A stretch of 53,010 nucleotides of DNA from a virus (Duplodnaviria; Caudoviricetes), in the IMG/VR virus record IMGVR_UViG_3300030202_000332, positions 1 to 53,010 of that record. One strand, 5' to 3'. The notes beneath the pieces are model-generated. The model was not told the origin of the DNA. It worked only from the letters and a program-made list of their open reading frames with translations, and searched no databases. This document shows positions 1-8,248 of the stretch, one piece after another. Numbering within the stretch: the stretch's first letter is position 1; the number at the start of each line of letters is the position of its first letter. Position numbers and translations under genes: made by a program.

Positions 1-77
1 GGTGTTCTGTCGTATCTTGCTCTTTTAGATTCTTCCCCTACACTTGCTCTTGATCTTGCCTTATCTATATTACCACT
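1..77. repeat. 77-bp exact repeat of 27879-27955
   Basis: Direct comparison; first mismatch at base 78 (a vs g). Confidence 0.92.
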
Positions 78-200
78 ATGTATTAGTTGGTTTTCTAAAT
101 CTATAATCTTATAGCGGTGCTTAACAAGTAGCCTCATAGCTTTATGTATCTTGTTAACCTCATCTCTATAACTTTCAAAAGTTTCGTTAAATATTACCAT
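1..200 (-). CDS. Partial hypothetical protein (3' end cut by window), homolog of 27821..28078
   Basis: ATG at 200, MVIFNETFESYRDEVNKIHKAMRLL matches MPIYNEIFDTYREEVEKIHKAMRLL. Confidence 0.8.
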   Translation of the reverse strand, partial: MVIFNETFESYRDEVNKIHKAMRLLVKHRYKIIDLENQLIHSGNIDKARSRASVGEESKRARYDRT

Positions 201-480
201 ATTTTTTTATTTTTTGTTTTAGTTTATCGTTTTCCTCTTCTGCTCTTCTAGCTCTTTCTATTGCTCTATTCTTACTAAGCCTATATTCTGATACAGCCTT
301 TTTATAAAGTCTTTTATTGTTAAGATTTTCTTGGAAGTAAAAGGTAATGTTAGAAATAGCCTCAGCCATCTCTTCTATTCTCTCTGTTTTTTTCTTTGTG
401 TATTGCTTTAGTATAATACTAGCTAATAGATTAATATCACCCCATATCTCCATCTCTTTGAGATTGTCTATTTTTCTCAA
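187..480 (-). CDS. Hypothetical coiled-coil protein (97 aa)
   Basis: ORF; homolog at 28065..28358. Confidence 0.8.
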   Translation of the reverse strand: MRKIDNLKEMEIWGDINLLASIILKQYTKKKTERIEEMAEAISNITFYFQENLNNKRLYKKAVSEYRLSKNRAIERARRAEEENDKLKQKIKKYGNI

Positions 481-584
481 AATAAAAGATCTATAATAGA
501 TTCTAAAGATAATAGTAACACACTAAGCCCTAATAAGAATAAAGTGAATAGCCCTAGTGAGAAATAGTATTTTAGTTTTTTCAT
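477..584 (-). CDS. Small single-TM membrane peptide (35 aa, MKKLKYYFSLGLFTLFLLGLSVLLLSLESIIDLLF)
   Basis: Translated by eye; overlapping start/stop with neighbours; same-length homolog at 28355..28462. Confidence 0.7.
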   Translation of the reverse strand: MKKLKYYFSLGLFTLFLLGLSVLLLSLESIIDLLF

Positions 585-727
585 TTGTTTAGTTCTTTAT
601 ATAAGTTTTCTAGCATTGTTTTAGTTTCCTGTAGAGTTTGTTTTTTAAAACCATCCTCACAATTTCTAATTAAGTATTGTAAGTTACCTTTTATTTTACC
701 GAACTCTCCTGCTTGATGTATATCCAT
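581..727 (-). CDS. Small hypothetical protein (48 aa), first gene after an early promoter
   Basis: MDIHQAGEFGKIKGNLQYLIRN...; same-length homolog at 28466..28612. Confidence 0.7.
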   Translation of the reverse strand: MDIHQAGEFGKIKGNLQYLIRNCEDGFKKQTLQETKTMLENLYKELNK

Positions 728-744
728 AATTATTAATTTTTATG

Positions 745-775
745 CTAATATACAAAACAAAACAATATAAACAAA
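745..775 (-). promoter_or_regulatory. Bacteroidota primary-sigma-type promoter
   Basis: TTTG-N19-TATATTAG on minus strand, same architecture at 28630-28660. Confidence 0.7.
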
Positions 776-791
776 TGTTAATTACTTTTTT

Positions 792-932
792 TTATTTTTT
801 ATCGAAAATAGTAGAACAAATAGCTATTCTTTGGTTTGCATCTTTGTATTCATTAACCATAGTAGGATTACTAATACATCTTTGCATAAAGTCTTTTCTA
901 GATTCGTTTGATTTTGGTTTAGGTAGTGGCAT
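792..932 (-). CDS. Small phage peptide (46 aa, MPLPKPKSNESRKDFMQRC...)
   Basis: Translated by eye; homolog at 28667..28807. Confidence 0.75.
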   Translation of the reverse strand: MPLPKPKSNESRKDFMQRCISNPTMVNEYKDANQRIAICSTIFDKK

Positions 933-1344
933 AATTAATATGTATTTTGTGAGCGTTTTTCTCATCCAGTAGATAACACTCTTTATTATTTCGTTTCTTA
1001 GTCCATAAAGTAGTATCTGGACAATACAGCTCTACAGTTTCTTGTTTAGCTAAATCATTTAGCCAAAATATATAATGCCCTTTAGGATCAGCTACAAAGT
1101 ACAAAGCCTGTGCATCCTCAGCTAAAAGTTTATCAAATTTATATTTTTCTATCATTTTCTTTTCATAATACTTTTTTCTCCACTTAATCTCCATTACAAC
1201 CTGATTACCTTTTGGAGAAGTACCAATACAGTCAAAATGTTCATAGCCACCCCCACACCACTCTAGATTCCACCCATCTTGATTTAATAGGCTTACTATG
1301 GTTTGCTCGAATTGATGTACTTTATTTAGATTCATATATCTCAT
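919..1344 (-). CDS. PD-(D/E)XK-like nuclease (true start possibly 1335)
   Basis: HFD...MEIKWR motif; homolog 28794..29210. Confidence 0.55.
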   Translation of the reverse strand: MRYMNLNKVHQFEQTIVSLLNQDGWNLEWCGGGYEHFDCIGTSPKGNQVVMEIKWRKKYYEKKMIEKYKFDKLLAEDAQALYFVADPKGHYIFWLNDLAKQETVELYCPDTTLWTKKRNNKECYLLDEKNAHKIHINYATT

Positions 1345-1522
1345 TTATATCCTCTATCCAACTTCTATACAACCTACCATTACAGGTGCAGGGCTCATCG
1401 TATTTATGTGAATATAGTTCCGAGTGCAGCCTAGCTACTAACTTGATCTGTGTTTTATTAAGCTCGTTTTGTTTTTTTCTATTTAAAAACTTTTCCCAAA
1501 GTATCCTATCTTCTTTTACCAT
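1322..1522 (-). CDS. Hypothetical protein with CxC motif (66 aa)
   Basis: EPCTCNGR conserved in B homolog. Confidence 0.75.
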   Translation of the reverse strand: MVKEDRILWEKFLNRKKQNELNKTQIKLVARLHSELYSHKYDEPCTCNGRLYRSWIEDINEIYESK

Positions 1523-1647
1523 AACTTTACTTTATTTGCTTTATCTTTTCGTTTGTCGCACCCACAATCATCTCCCCATATCTTTTTTACGATCCATTTT
1601 ATTGCTGTATAGGTTGTAATCTTTTCTATTAAATCTCCTAGCCTCAT
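1516..1647 (-). CDS. Small protein with DCGC motif (43 aa, MRLGDLIEKITT...WGDDCGCDKRK)
   Basis: Translated by eye; homolog 29391..29522. Confidence 0.75.
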   Translation of the reverse strand: MRLGDLIEKITTYTAIKWIVKKIWGDDCGCDKRKDKANKVKLW

Positions 1648-2078
1648 AAGTGTTTTTTTTCTGTATATTTTGATATTAAAAATTGTTTTATCAAATATGC
1701 TTGTTTTGTTTTAGTATCTCCTTTACATACAAACTTTCTTTCTTTACAATTATGATTAGAGATACATTTTCTAATATTATCTGTTAGTATCCAATTATAT
1801 TGCATACCATCATATATAACCCAATATTTAGCTTTAGTTGTACTTATACCTGATGGCTTCTCATTAGAGGCGGTTTCTATTATGATATTACCTGTTTTTA
1901 AACTTCTGTTATCAAACTTAACCTCTACACCAAAATTTAACTCTGGTATAAAAATATCATACTCTTTAAAGTAGCCATCTACTATGTAGGCGTTTTTGTA
2001 TTTCTCTTGTATCTTATTTAATACATATATTTCGTGAAACTTACCTCTTTCTAAATCTGCTTTAAAATCTTCTACCAT
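1644..2078 (-). CDS. PD-(D/E)XK-type nuclease-like protein
   Basis: YDI...VEVKFD...GNIIIE motif; homolog 29522..29956. Confidence 0.6.
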   Translation of the reverse strand: MVEDFKADLERGKFHEIYVLNKIQEKYKNAYIVDGYFKEYDIFIPELNFGVEVKFDNRSLKTGNIIIETASNEKPSGISTTKAKYWVIYDGMQYNWILTDNIRKCISNHNCKERKFVCKGDTKTKQAYLIKQFLISKYTEKKHL

Positions 2079-2563
2079 TCTATATTTTTTATTATTAGCA
2101 TCTTAGTATTCTTATAAGTATTGTAAAGACTATAGTAGCTTATTCCTGTTTGCTTAGATAATTCAGCTATTGACATTCCATCAGAAATTAAATCAAAGAT
2201 TTTGCGATCATACCAATACATTTTATCTAAAAGAGTATTTAGCTCTATCATTTTACCTGTAATGTCTTTATGTTTTGTGTTTACTTCAGGCTGTATATAT
2301 TTTTCTAAGTAATCTACATTGACTTTTTGTATCTTAGATTCTTTTCTACATAAATCTAAAAACAAAGATTTTAAAGTACGATACATATAAAAATAGTTGA
2401 TATCATCATCATAAGTTATATCTAACCCTTTATCGAGCAAAATAGAAATTTTTAGGTAAGCCTCTTGTACCACATCCTCACATAGGTATCCTTTACACCC
2501 AAAACTTCTTACAGTTCTTATCCAGGTTTGATGTTTACTCGCAAGTTTCTCAAGAGTTGTCAA
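2072..2563 (-). CDS. ECF-like RNA polymerase sigma factor
   Basis: EDVVQEAYLKI region-2 motif, LFLDLCRK, C-terminal HTH (MSIAELSKQTGISYYSLY). Confidence 0.75.
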   Translation of the reverse strand: MTTLEKLASKHQTWIRTVRSFGCKGYLCEDVVQEAYLKISILLDKGLDITYDDDINYFYMYRTLKSLFLDLCRKESKIQKVNVDYLEKYIQPEVNTKHKDITGKMIELNTLLDKMYWYDRKIFDLISDGMSIAELSKQTGISYYSLYNTYKNTKMLIIKNIEW

Positions 2564-3458
2564 TGTTTAATTGTTTTTTAGTTCTATATTTTATTAAATT
2601 TTTACCACCTATTTCAAAACCTACATTGTTCAATATTGACTTAAACATTATTGGGGCTTCGTGACTTGTAGGTTTATAGCCCAAAGAAATTTCCTTCACT
2701 TTTGCGACAAAAAGTCTAGTATACATCCAAGAATCTGGACTTGCAATATATCTATGAACTATTAAAAAATCATCACATCTATTGCCATTTACAGCACCCC
2801 CCTCACTATCTCCTATAGTAGGCGGAGGAGTCATACCAGATTGAGGATGATTAGGAGAATGTTTACGGCGTAGGCTCTCAGTCACGGCGTGCGCACATAT
2901 CCAAGTTGATACATTATATTTTTTGCAAAATAACCGAATCTCAGTCAAGCACTCATAGCTGTATTCATAACCATTTGTGTTTCTTAAATCTTTTCTTAAA
3001 GAGTTTATAGGATCAATTAATAATCCGTCATAATCCCAAGCATCTTTTACTTTTTCAGCTAAGTCTAATAATTCTTTGTAAGTGTATTGCCTGTTTATGT
3101 CAACAAACTTAAAATGATTATACACAAAGTCTCTAGACTTTTCGTAGTCTTTCTCTTCTATTTTGTTTATAGGTTTGCCTTCTAAGAATTCAATAAGTTT
3201 TTTTATGAGTTGTACAGCGTCATTTTCTGACGAAAATACTAGCCATTTAATTTTATGTTTTATTGAATAAAGTAACATAAGATAAAACGTGAAGTGTGTT
3301 TTACCTACGTTATTATGCCCCAAAATAAAATTCATATTTCCAGCAACAAAGCGGAATGAAGCGTCTAGCTCTTTATTACCTAGCTTTAATGCCTCTTTGA
3401 CTTTACCTTTTCTAAAGTCGTTTAGTTTGTTAATATGTTCATCGTAGTTTATAAGCAT
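2550..3458 (-). CDS. DnaB/SF4-like replicative helicase
   Basis: Walker A GHNNVGKT, FSSE, LLIDP, CAHA motifs. Confidence 0.75.
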   Translation of the reverse strand: MLINYDEHINKLNDFRKGKVKEALKLGNKELDASFRFVAGNMNFILGHNNVGKTHFTFYLMLLYSIKHKIKWLVFSSENDAVQLIKKLIEFLEGKPINKIEEKDYEKSRDFVYNHFKFVDINRQYTYKELLDLAEKVKDAWDYDGLLIDPINSLRKDLRNTNGYEYSYECLTEIRLFCKKYNVSTWICAHAVTESLRRKHSPNHPQSGMTPPPTIGDSEGGAVNGNRCDDFLIVHRYIASPDSWMYTRLFVAKVKEISLGYKPTSHEAPIMFKSILNNVGFEIGGKNLIKYRTKKQLNIDNS

Positions 3459-3485
3459 AAAAAAAGGGGGTAGTTAGCCCCCTAT
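3459..3485 (-). terminator. Intrinsic terminator/attenuator before helicase
   Basis: GGGGGCTAACTACCCCC hairpin followed by T run; identical at 31337-31363. Confidence 0.65.
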
Positions 3486-3499
3486 ATTAAAATAGTTTA

Positions 3500-3841
3500 T
3501 TAGAATGGTAGATCATCTTCTCTGTCTGGAGACTGAGCCTCCACAGCTACTTCCTCACGATACTCTCTAACTCTCCATCCTTGTAAGCTAGTGAAGTAAA
3601 GAGTTTTGCCCTCTCTGTTTTCCCAAGCTCTACCTCTAACATTGTAAAATACCTCTACGTTGTTACCTACTTTACAAACAGGATCTTCTAAAAGTCCTAC
3701 ATTGTTTTGTGTGAAATCGAGAGCTACTACCTGTGGATATTTATCCATAGTTTCTATAACTAGCTTTCTTACTCTGAAATTACCTTTTTCTTCTAATTCT
3801 GTGATTTGTTTTACTTTTCCTTTAATTGACATTTGATTCAT
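3500..3841 (-). CDS. DUF3127-family single-stranded DNA-binding protein
   Basis: KYPQ..DF..VEVFYNVRGRAW..YFTSLQGW and acidic DDLPF tail. Confidence 0.8.
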   Translation of the reverse strand: MNQMSIKGKVKQITELEEKGNFRVRKLVIETMDKYPQVVALDFTQNNVGLLEDPVCKVGNNVEVFYNVRGRAWENREGKTLYFTSLQGWRVREYREEVAVEAQSPDREDDLPF

Positions 3842-3844
3842 TTT

Positions 3845-4198
3845 TTATTTATTTACGAAATTTATTAGTATTTGTGCATCTGCGATAACAGTATGTATAT
3901 CAGCTTGAGGGTTACCTCTATTGAAGTCTACTGCTGCCTTAACCATTGATTGTCTTATAATCAACTGATCTTTATTGTTGTTTACTGTAGGTTGAGGATT
4001 GTACTCTAGCTTAGCTGTTTTGTATTCCTCATTGGTAATTTTAAATTCAATTAAATCTCCCACAGATTTTTTGAAGCTTCCCTTTGCCAAAAATTGGTAT
4101 TCTTTACCATCATCAAAGGTTACTTGATACTTGTTAAAAGTTCCTGAAGCGTTTGTATATTCGCCTCTAGGACTGATGTACTTGATTTTTCCTTTCAT
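3845..4198 (-). CDS. Hypothetical OB-fold-like protein
   Basis: Beta-rich N-terminus, IIRQSMVKAA motif; homolog 31720..32076. Confidence 0.55.
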   Translation of the reverse strand: MKGKIKYISPRGEYTNASGTFNKYQVTFDDGKEYQFLAKGSFKKSVGDLIEFKITNEEYKTAKLEYNPQPTVNNNKDQLIIRQSMVKAAVDFNRGNPQADIHTVIADAQILINFVNK

Positions 4199-4292
4199 TT
4201 TGTAATTTATTAATTTTTTGTGTTAATGATTGTATCCTAAGATTTAGAAAGTGTATTTGCTCATCTTTTGGATCTTTGTAATTATATTTCAT
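4167..4292 (-). CDS. Small coiled-coil protein (41 aa)
   Basis: Translated by eye; same-length counterpart at 32045..32170. Confidence 0.55.
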   Translation of the reverse strand: MKYNYKDPKDEQIHFLNLRIQSLTQKINKLQNERKNQVHQS

Positions 4293-4296
4293 ATTA

Positions 4297-4329
4297 TAAA
4301 GTTAAGTAAAAAAAATTGATTTAAACAAA
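4297..4329 (-). promoter_or_regulatory. Bacteroidota-type early promoter
   Basis: TTTG-N21-TAACTTTA; shares TTAACATTTG with the 745-775 promoter; B copy at 32185-32217. Confidence 0.6.
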
Positions 4330-4340
4330 TGTTAATTAAA

Positions 4341-4370
4341 AAAAAAGAGGCTTACAGATGTAAACCCCTC
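4341..4370 (-). terminator. Intrinsic terminator after NinG-like gene
   Basis: Hairpin plus T run; equivalent at 32237-32268. Confidence 0.7.
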
Positions 4371-4389
4371 TCAAAACAAAGGAAAAAAA

Positions 4390-4788
4390 TTATAAATTAG
4401 TTACTTTTTGTTTATATTCATTTATTAAATCTACTAAATCTTGATCAGTTTGTTTTATTATTTTCTTACTTTCTATTAACAATTCCTCTGCTATATTATA
4501 TCCATACTCTTTATTTAGATTCATAGCAAAGATATACTGTCTACCATAAAAGTGGCAATTACAACTATAACACTGGCTTCTGCAATTCCGTTCATCCCAT
4601 CTAAGTATTCTAGATTTCCTAGAAATAAAATGTCCGTTCTGCATACCCTCACCTTTCCAATATGCTTTTTTGTTACAGGTATAACATTTTACTATTCCGT
4701 TTTTATCTGCATATTTACGCCTTATGTATTCGCTAAATACAGCATCTAACTTTTTAATTAAATTTTTTCTAGAAATTTTACGTGGCAT
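4390..4788 (-). CDS. NinG/Rap-like Zn-binding endonuclease
   Basis: LDAVFSEYIRR, CYTC, GHFISR, RWDERNC..QCYSCN motifs. Confidence 0.8.
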   Translation of the reverse strand: MPRKISRKNLIKKLDAVFSEYIRRKYADKNGIVKCYTCNKKAYWKGEGMQNGHFISRKSRILRWDERNCRSQCYSCNCHFYGRQYIFAMNLNKEYGYNIAEELLIESKKIIKQTDQDLVDLINEYKQKVTNL

Positions 4789-4899
4789 ATTGTAATTTAC
4801 AAAAAAAAAGTATAACTTTGCCTATATATATATATATAATATATACACTTCCCTTAAACAACTTACTCTGTAAATAATATATATTAATTATATATACCG

Positions 4900-5349
4900 C
4901 TATTTTTTGTTTATTGATTTAAACACTTTCTCAATACCTCTACTACCAAAATAAAAAATAGTCATAGTAGAAAACAAAGAAGTAATACTTGGTATGTATT
5001 GCTCTCGTATTTGAAACTCTCCTAAGTTACCATCAAAGAAAATACAGCTCATATATAATAAAAACATAGCACCATAAGAAATAGGGCGTACTAATCTAGT
5101 AATATTGTGCTCATTGTCAGATTGTAGCCTTTTAGTTACCTCTTGCATCTCTATTTCGTCTTGTTTTAAGAGTTCTAAGGCTATTTCTCTATCTTTCTCT
5201 GACATAGTATCATCTTTGTCTAAAATGTTCTTTACAAGTCCTAATACACCATTGTCTGGTAAAGCTGTACCTACCAAATTTACAATATCACTACCCTTAG
5301 ACAATAAGAATTTGCCTACTTTAGTTTCGTTAAATTTCTTTTTACTCAT
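4900..5349 (-). CDS. Putative holin (3TM/GTA-holin-like)
   Basis: LVRP, two hydrophobic helices, FYFGSRGIEK; lies in lysis cluster. Confidence 0.65.
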   Translation of the reverse strand: MSKKKFNETKVGKFLLSKGSDIVNLVGTALPDNGVLGLVKNILDKDDTMSEKDREIALELLKQDEIEMQEVTKRLQSDNEHNITRLVRPISYGAMFLLYMSCIFFDGNLGEFQIREQYIPSITSLFSTMTIFYFGSRGIEKVFKSINKK

Positions 5350-5488
5350 AATAAAATCTCCATTTTAATTGTATAATTACTAAGTATATGTTTAGCTCCT
5401 CATAGTTGTATTCTTCAGGCTCAGCAGGAAAATAATTAAATCCTAAATTAAGTCCATTAGGTAACAAAAGTATAATTTGAAAGTCCAT
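5342..5488 (-). CDS. Conserved 48-aa hydrophobic peptide between endolysin and holin
   Basis: MDFQIILLLPNGLNLGFNYFPAEPEEYNYEELNIYLVIIQLKWRFYYE; close homolog 33242..33388. Confidence 0.8.
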   Translation of the reverse strand: MDFQIILLLPNGLNLGFNYFPAEPEEYNYEELNIYLVIIQLKWRFYYE

Positions 5489-5856
5489 TAGTAAGTCCAG
5501 ATTAAGTGTGATGGTTTGTCTTTGTCTATATCAACGTGTATAAACGTATTTGCTATTCCTATTCTGTTAAATCCTACATCTAAAAGAATATCTACTAGCT
5601 CAAATCGATCCTTAGAGTTATTACAGTGTATATCTACTGCAAGTCCTTTAAGGTGGCTAGAGTTTGGTGATGCTTTATAGCCTCTTGCTTTTAGATCCTC
5701 GTTATACTCTTTTGTTCTATAACCGCTTGTTATTTTTATAGGTTTATCAAACTTTTCTCTAGCTAAGTCTAACATCTCTAATATTTCAGAATTCATATTT
5801 TTACCTGATCCTAACTCATCAGGGCTATCAAATTCTGTATAATTAAAATATCTCAT
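5488..5856 (-). CDS. Endolysin, peptidase M15 family
   Basis: ITSGYR, SSHLKGLAVD, FIHVD motifs. Confidence 0.85.
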   Translation of the reverse strand: MRYFNYTEFDSPDELGSGKNMNSEILEMLDLAREKFDKPIKITSGYRTKEYNEDLKARGYKASPNSSHLKGLAVDIHCNNSKDRFELVDILLDVGFNRIGIANTFIHVDIDKDKPSHLIWTY

Positions 5857-6950
5857 AATTTATAATTTAGTCCAACTTTAATTTCTTTTAGGTTTCTATC
5901 CCAATATCTCTGCAAGGTTACTTCTGTAAATACACCTAATTTACCCCATCTAAATCCAAATACAGATCCTGCAGAATAGTCTAACCAATCTCCATCTACA
6001 AAGTTATTATAAGAATATCTTTCATCTCCACTCATTAGCTTATGTTTAGTTAGTATGTTACCGTATAAATGTAGCCAGAAGTTCTTTTTATAGTGGTAAA
6101 AGTCTAAACCTGCAACTACTGCTAAATCCGCAAAGCTACCTATCTTAGATAGTTCCTCAGCATTGTAACGATTAACTACGTTTTGAAATATACCATTACG
6201 ATAATCTGCATCACTTGCTGCTATTAAGTTTCCTTGTTGATTAAACCATAAATAGTCATAGCCTAAACTTTCTCCTGTAAATGGATCTATCATCTCGTAT
6301 AATTGATCTGTATGGTATTCGTAGGCAAGTTCCCACCAAGCATTTTGCTCTAAGTATTTTTGAATAGGATTATGCCCATAGGCTTTTGAATAACCTCTAT
6401 AGATTGAACCGACACTTAAACTTAATTTCTTACCGATAGGCAATCTAAACCTAAGCTCTGCACTTTTATAGTCTATATCAATTAATTCGTTCTTTTGATA
6501 TTCGCCTTTTGCTAACCAATACTTAGCTAAATATCTTACAAATACTTCTTGATTTTCAAACTCTCTAGAAGCTTGTCTACCTCTTGAATATTCATATAAA
6601 TACTCTAAGCCTTTATAAGCACCTATATTAGATTTTACAGATTGATTCTTTTCCGTACCATCATAGAACTTATTTCTATCTTCATATTGAAAAAAGGCTA
6701 GTTTTCTAATACCATAAGTAGCCATCATATCAGATGGGTGTTTACGAGTAGTCTCTATTAGCTCATTATCTTGAGTAACTACAAATGTTTGTGGAGCTTG
6801 TATCGAGTTAGTTTGCGAGTAAGCACCATATATAGTAGAATACTTAAATACCTTTTTAAATATGTTATCCTTTTTTTCTTGACTGTTTGCGTTTATACTT
6901 ACGATAAGAGCGCACAATATCATTATTAATTTGTTTATGTTTTTTTTCAT
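5853..6950 (-). CDS. Exported protein, predicted outer-membrane beta-barrel
   Basis: Signal peptide ending ANS|Q, aromatic-rich alternating strands, C-terminal IKVGLNYKL. Confidence 0.65.
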   Translation of the reverse strand: MKKNINKLIMILCALIVSINANSQEKKDNIFKKVFKYSTIYGAYSQTNSIQAPQTFVVTQDNELIETTRKHPSDMMATYGIRKLAFFQYEDRNKFYDGTEKNQSVKSNIGAYKGLEYLYEYSRGRQASREFENQEVFVRYLAKYWLAKGEYQKNELIDIDYKSAELRFRLPIGKKLSLSVGSIYRGYSKAYGHNPIQKYLEQNAWWELAYEYHTDQLYEMIDPFTGESLGYDYLWFNQQGNLIAASDADYRNGIFQNVVNRYNAEELSKIGSFADLAVVAGLDFYHYKKNFWLHLYGNILTKHKLMSGDERYSYNNFVDGDWLDYSAGSVFGFRWGKLGVFTEVTLQRYWDRNLKEIKVGLNYKL

Positions 6951-7380
6951 AATAATAACCTCCTTTTTGTTTATCTAGTTTTCGTTTTTTGTTTTTAGGG
7001 TTTTTTAAAATATTAATAGTTATCCCTGCTGATACACCCCCTAATACAGCTGAAAATAAATCGTTTTTATCTATCGGTGAATTTCTTACAGCTGCATCTA
7101 TAGTCTCTTTTACAATACCCATACCAATAGAAGCTGATACGCCATTCCAAAAAGCTTTTTTCTTATTAGCAGTTTTTCGATATGTAAAGTCATAAGCCAT
7201 AGCACTTGCTGTAGCTCCTACTAGAAAATGTAACCTATGTTCTGGGCTTAGTTTTTTATCGTAACTTTGAAAGGGAATATCATTAGGCGCATTGTTTTGA
7301 GATAATGTAAAAAATGTAACTAACCCTAGAAGCGTTGTGATAATAATTCTTCTATATGTTTGTTTAATTCTTCTCTCCAA
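6865..7380 (-). CDS. Membrane protein resembling YfiM/DUF2279 family (unit A only)
   Basis: HFLVGATAS...GIVKETID...DKNDL..AVLGG pattern. Confidence 0.5.
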   Translation of the reverse strand: MERRIKQTYRRIIITTLLGLVTFFTLSQNNAPNDIPFQSYDKKLSPEHRLHFLVGATASAMAYDFTYRKTANKKKAFWNGVSASIGMGIVKETIDAAVRNSPIDKNDLFSAVLGGVSAGITINILKNPKNKKRKLDKQKGGYYYEKKHKQINNDIVRSYRKYKRKQSRKKG

Positions 7381-7649
7381 TTTTCAGGTAGTTTTAATGT
7401 TATACCGCTTTCTATTCTTAACTCCTCCTCACCATCATTATATAAAACAATAGTAGGTAGGTATTTAATCTCTTTAAATCGTTTTGGTGCTTTAGACATA
7501 TATAAAGTTTCTATATTGTAATCCTTATAATTATCTAAAGATACCTGCTCTGCAAATTCTGCTGTATACTGAACTATCGAAATAGATTCAGTTTGTGCAA
7601 AATTAACAACCCATACAAAAAGGGCAATTCCCGTTACATTCCATTTCAT
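7326..7649 (-). CDS. Exported thioredoxin-fold protein lacking CXXC
   Basis: Signal peptide NFA|Q; IKYLPTIVLYNDGEE matches thioredoxin cis-Pro region; no Cys. Confidence 0.6.
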   Translation of the reverse strand: MKWNVTGIALFVWVVNFAQTESISIVQYTAEFAEQVSLDNYKDYNIETLYMSKAPKRFKEIKYLPTIVLYNDGEEELRIESGITLKLPENWREELNKHIEELLSQRF

Positions 7650-7948
7650 CTATTTTTACTTATTTGATACAATCTTTCATCAATCTTATTAAGTTGTTCT
7701 TTAATTTCTCCGACTGATTTTTCTAAACCCTCTACCTTTTCATTAGTGTTAGATATTTCTGATCGAACCAATTCATCTTTATAACTCCACTCAATTTTAG
7801 AGACTTCAGGTTTAGGTAATTCTTTTGCTACAGCTATATCAGACTTTAAAGCAAAATACATACTTGCTAAACTAATAGCACCACCTACTATAATACCTAT
7901 AGTTTTAAGATCTAAAGTTACATTGGTATTCTCACCTATCTTAGTCAT
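7646..7948 (-). CDS. Single-TM coiled-coil membrane protein
   Basis: Hydrophobic helix at residues ~17-34 then heptad repeats; homolog 35601..35903. Confidence 0.7.
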   Translation of the reverse strand: MTKIGENTNVTLDLKTIGIIVGGAISLASMYFALKSDIAVAKELPKPEVSKIEWSYKDELVRSEISNTNEKVEGLEKSVGEIKEQLNKIDERLYQISKNR

Positions 7949-8120
7949 CTTTTTTTAGCTTTTTATATTTAGCTTTATATTCACTCCATCCATCAGGAGC
8001 TTTACCTTTCCATTCTATAATAGCATTATTCCCATCTAACTGTATTTTATGTGAGTGGGGGGTAGGTATGCTATTAATTTTATGTATTAATTCTTTTCTA
8101 GATTTAAAATTATATTTCAT
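7941..8120 (-). CDS. Small hypothetical protein (59 aa, PTPHSH...WKGKAPDGWSEY)
   Basis: Translated by eye; homolog 35896..36075. Confidence 0.75.
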   Translation of the reverse strand: MKYNFKSRKELIHKINSIPTPHSHKIQLDGNNAIIEWKGKAPDGWSEYKAKYKKLKKDD

Positions 8121-8247
8121 CTTGATCCTCTTTATTTATACTTTCGTTAATTATACTTACAATTTTTTGAGCTTGAGGTAATAGCGCTATAGGCATAGTA
8201 CCAATAACCTCATTAATTCTTTTTATTTGATCTTCTGTTATTTCCAT
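8110..8247 (-). CDS. Small hypothetical protein (45 aa)
   Basis: MEITEDQIKRINEVIGTMPIA...; homolog 36065..36208. Confidence 0.7.
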   Translation of the reverse strand: MEITEDQIKRINEVIGTMPIALLPQAQKIVSIINESINKEDQDEI

Positions 8248-8248
8248 A

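Noticed and set aside
919-2078. Nucleases plus methyltransferase as a restriction-modification system
   Set aside because: The genes are not adjacent, and B keeps both nucleases after losing the methyltransferase.
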